A stretch of DNA of 62,864 nt, the filler included, from Octopus bimaculoides (lineage: Eukaryota), in NCBI RefSeq assembly GCF_001194135.2. It is 13 parts of 12 records of this genome, joined end to end, with 100 filler letters (N's around TTAATTAATTAA, not from the genome) between each part and the next. Parts side by side here need not be neighbours in the genome. Positions count along the whole stretch, not along the records: positions 61,832 to 62,864 come from NC_068996.1; 12 more parts are not named here. One strand, written 5' to 3'. The translations under genes and the position numbers were made by a program. Below, in pieces: positions 62,400 through 62,864 of the stretch. Position 1 is the first letter of the stretch, and the number at the start of each line of letters is the position of its first letter. A model generated the notes under the pieces. That model had not been told where the DNA came from, made no database searches, and saw nothing but the letters and a program-made list of their open reading frames with translations.

Positions 62400-62864
62400 T
62401 GTGTGGTGAGTAGTGGCGGGGCACTGGATCATGGCGAGGCCCTTAGGGACTTCCTGTCTGGCGGCCCGCGTCTCTCGGCACGAGAAGCTGAGTGCTGTGA
62501 GGGGCCAATCACGGCCGAGGAAGTGATCGAGGTAGTGGGCGAATGCCCCGGAGAGAATTTTTTGACACAAAATTATGCCAGACTTGTTCGGGCACCTGCT
62601 GACCAGCGTCTACGCCAATTGGCAGCAGAACGGGAGAATTCCCAAGTTTGCGAGCCGAGGGGTGGTGACGTTGATCAGGAAGGACCCGAGCAAGGGTGAC
62701 GAAATAGGGAACTTCAACCCATAACTCTGCTGAACACAGAGTTAAAGATTTTGGCCAAGGTGCTAGCAGAAAGGTTGGCGCGGGTCGTGGACAAATATGT
62801 CGGGGAAGCGCAAACGTGCGCTATCCCGGGCAGGACGATCCACGACAATCTTCACCTTATACGC
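62400..62864 (+). mobile_element. L1/Tx1-clade LINE reverse transcriptase fragment (truncated by window end)
   Basis: CEGPITAEEV...; LFGHLLTSVYANWQQNGRIP...GVVTLIRK...NF/PITLLNTELKILAKVLAERL...AQTCAIPGRTIHDNLHLIR. Confidence 0.9.

Overview
AT-rich metazoan genomic DNA dominated by microsatellites and transposable elements, with about 30 N-gaps, many carrying an artificial TTAATTAATTAA marker. The SINE families, the RTE/RLE/Tx1 LINE fragments and the microsatellite load point to an octopus genome (probably Octopus bimaculoides; inferred from recognition, not from a search). There is no intact long ORF, no rRNA, no intact tRNA and no CRISPR array. Almost all ORF-track entries are microsatellite or gap artefacts. 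Recognisable content: LINE fragments (RTE clade, RLE-bearing R4/Dong-like, L1/Tx1), DNA-transposon fragments (mariner, DD37D/maT-like, Chapaev3-like, and hAT- and piggyBac-type MITEs) and several tRNA-derived SINE families. One host-gene start is plausible: a promoter plus first exon at about 48.36-48.55 kb encoding a mitochondrial-presequence-like peptide. A few minus-strand exon candidates lie at 21-33 kb. The most notable unexplained signals are (1) type I hammerhead-ribozyme folds in at least three different sequence contexts (20.85 kb intact core, 24.3 kb extended fold with one core mutation, 55.67 kb minimal form), (2) several long fold-back palindromes (34.2, 36.1, 55.0, 61.0 kb), and (3) a MITE whose inverted repeats carry octamer + CCAAT motifs. 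All alignments and folds were done by eye and need computational confirmation.
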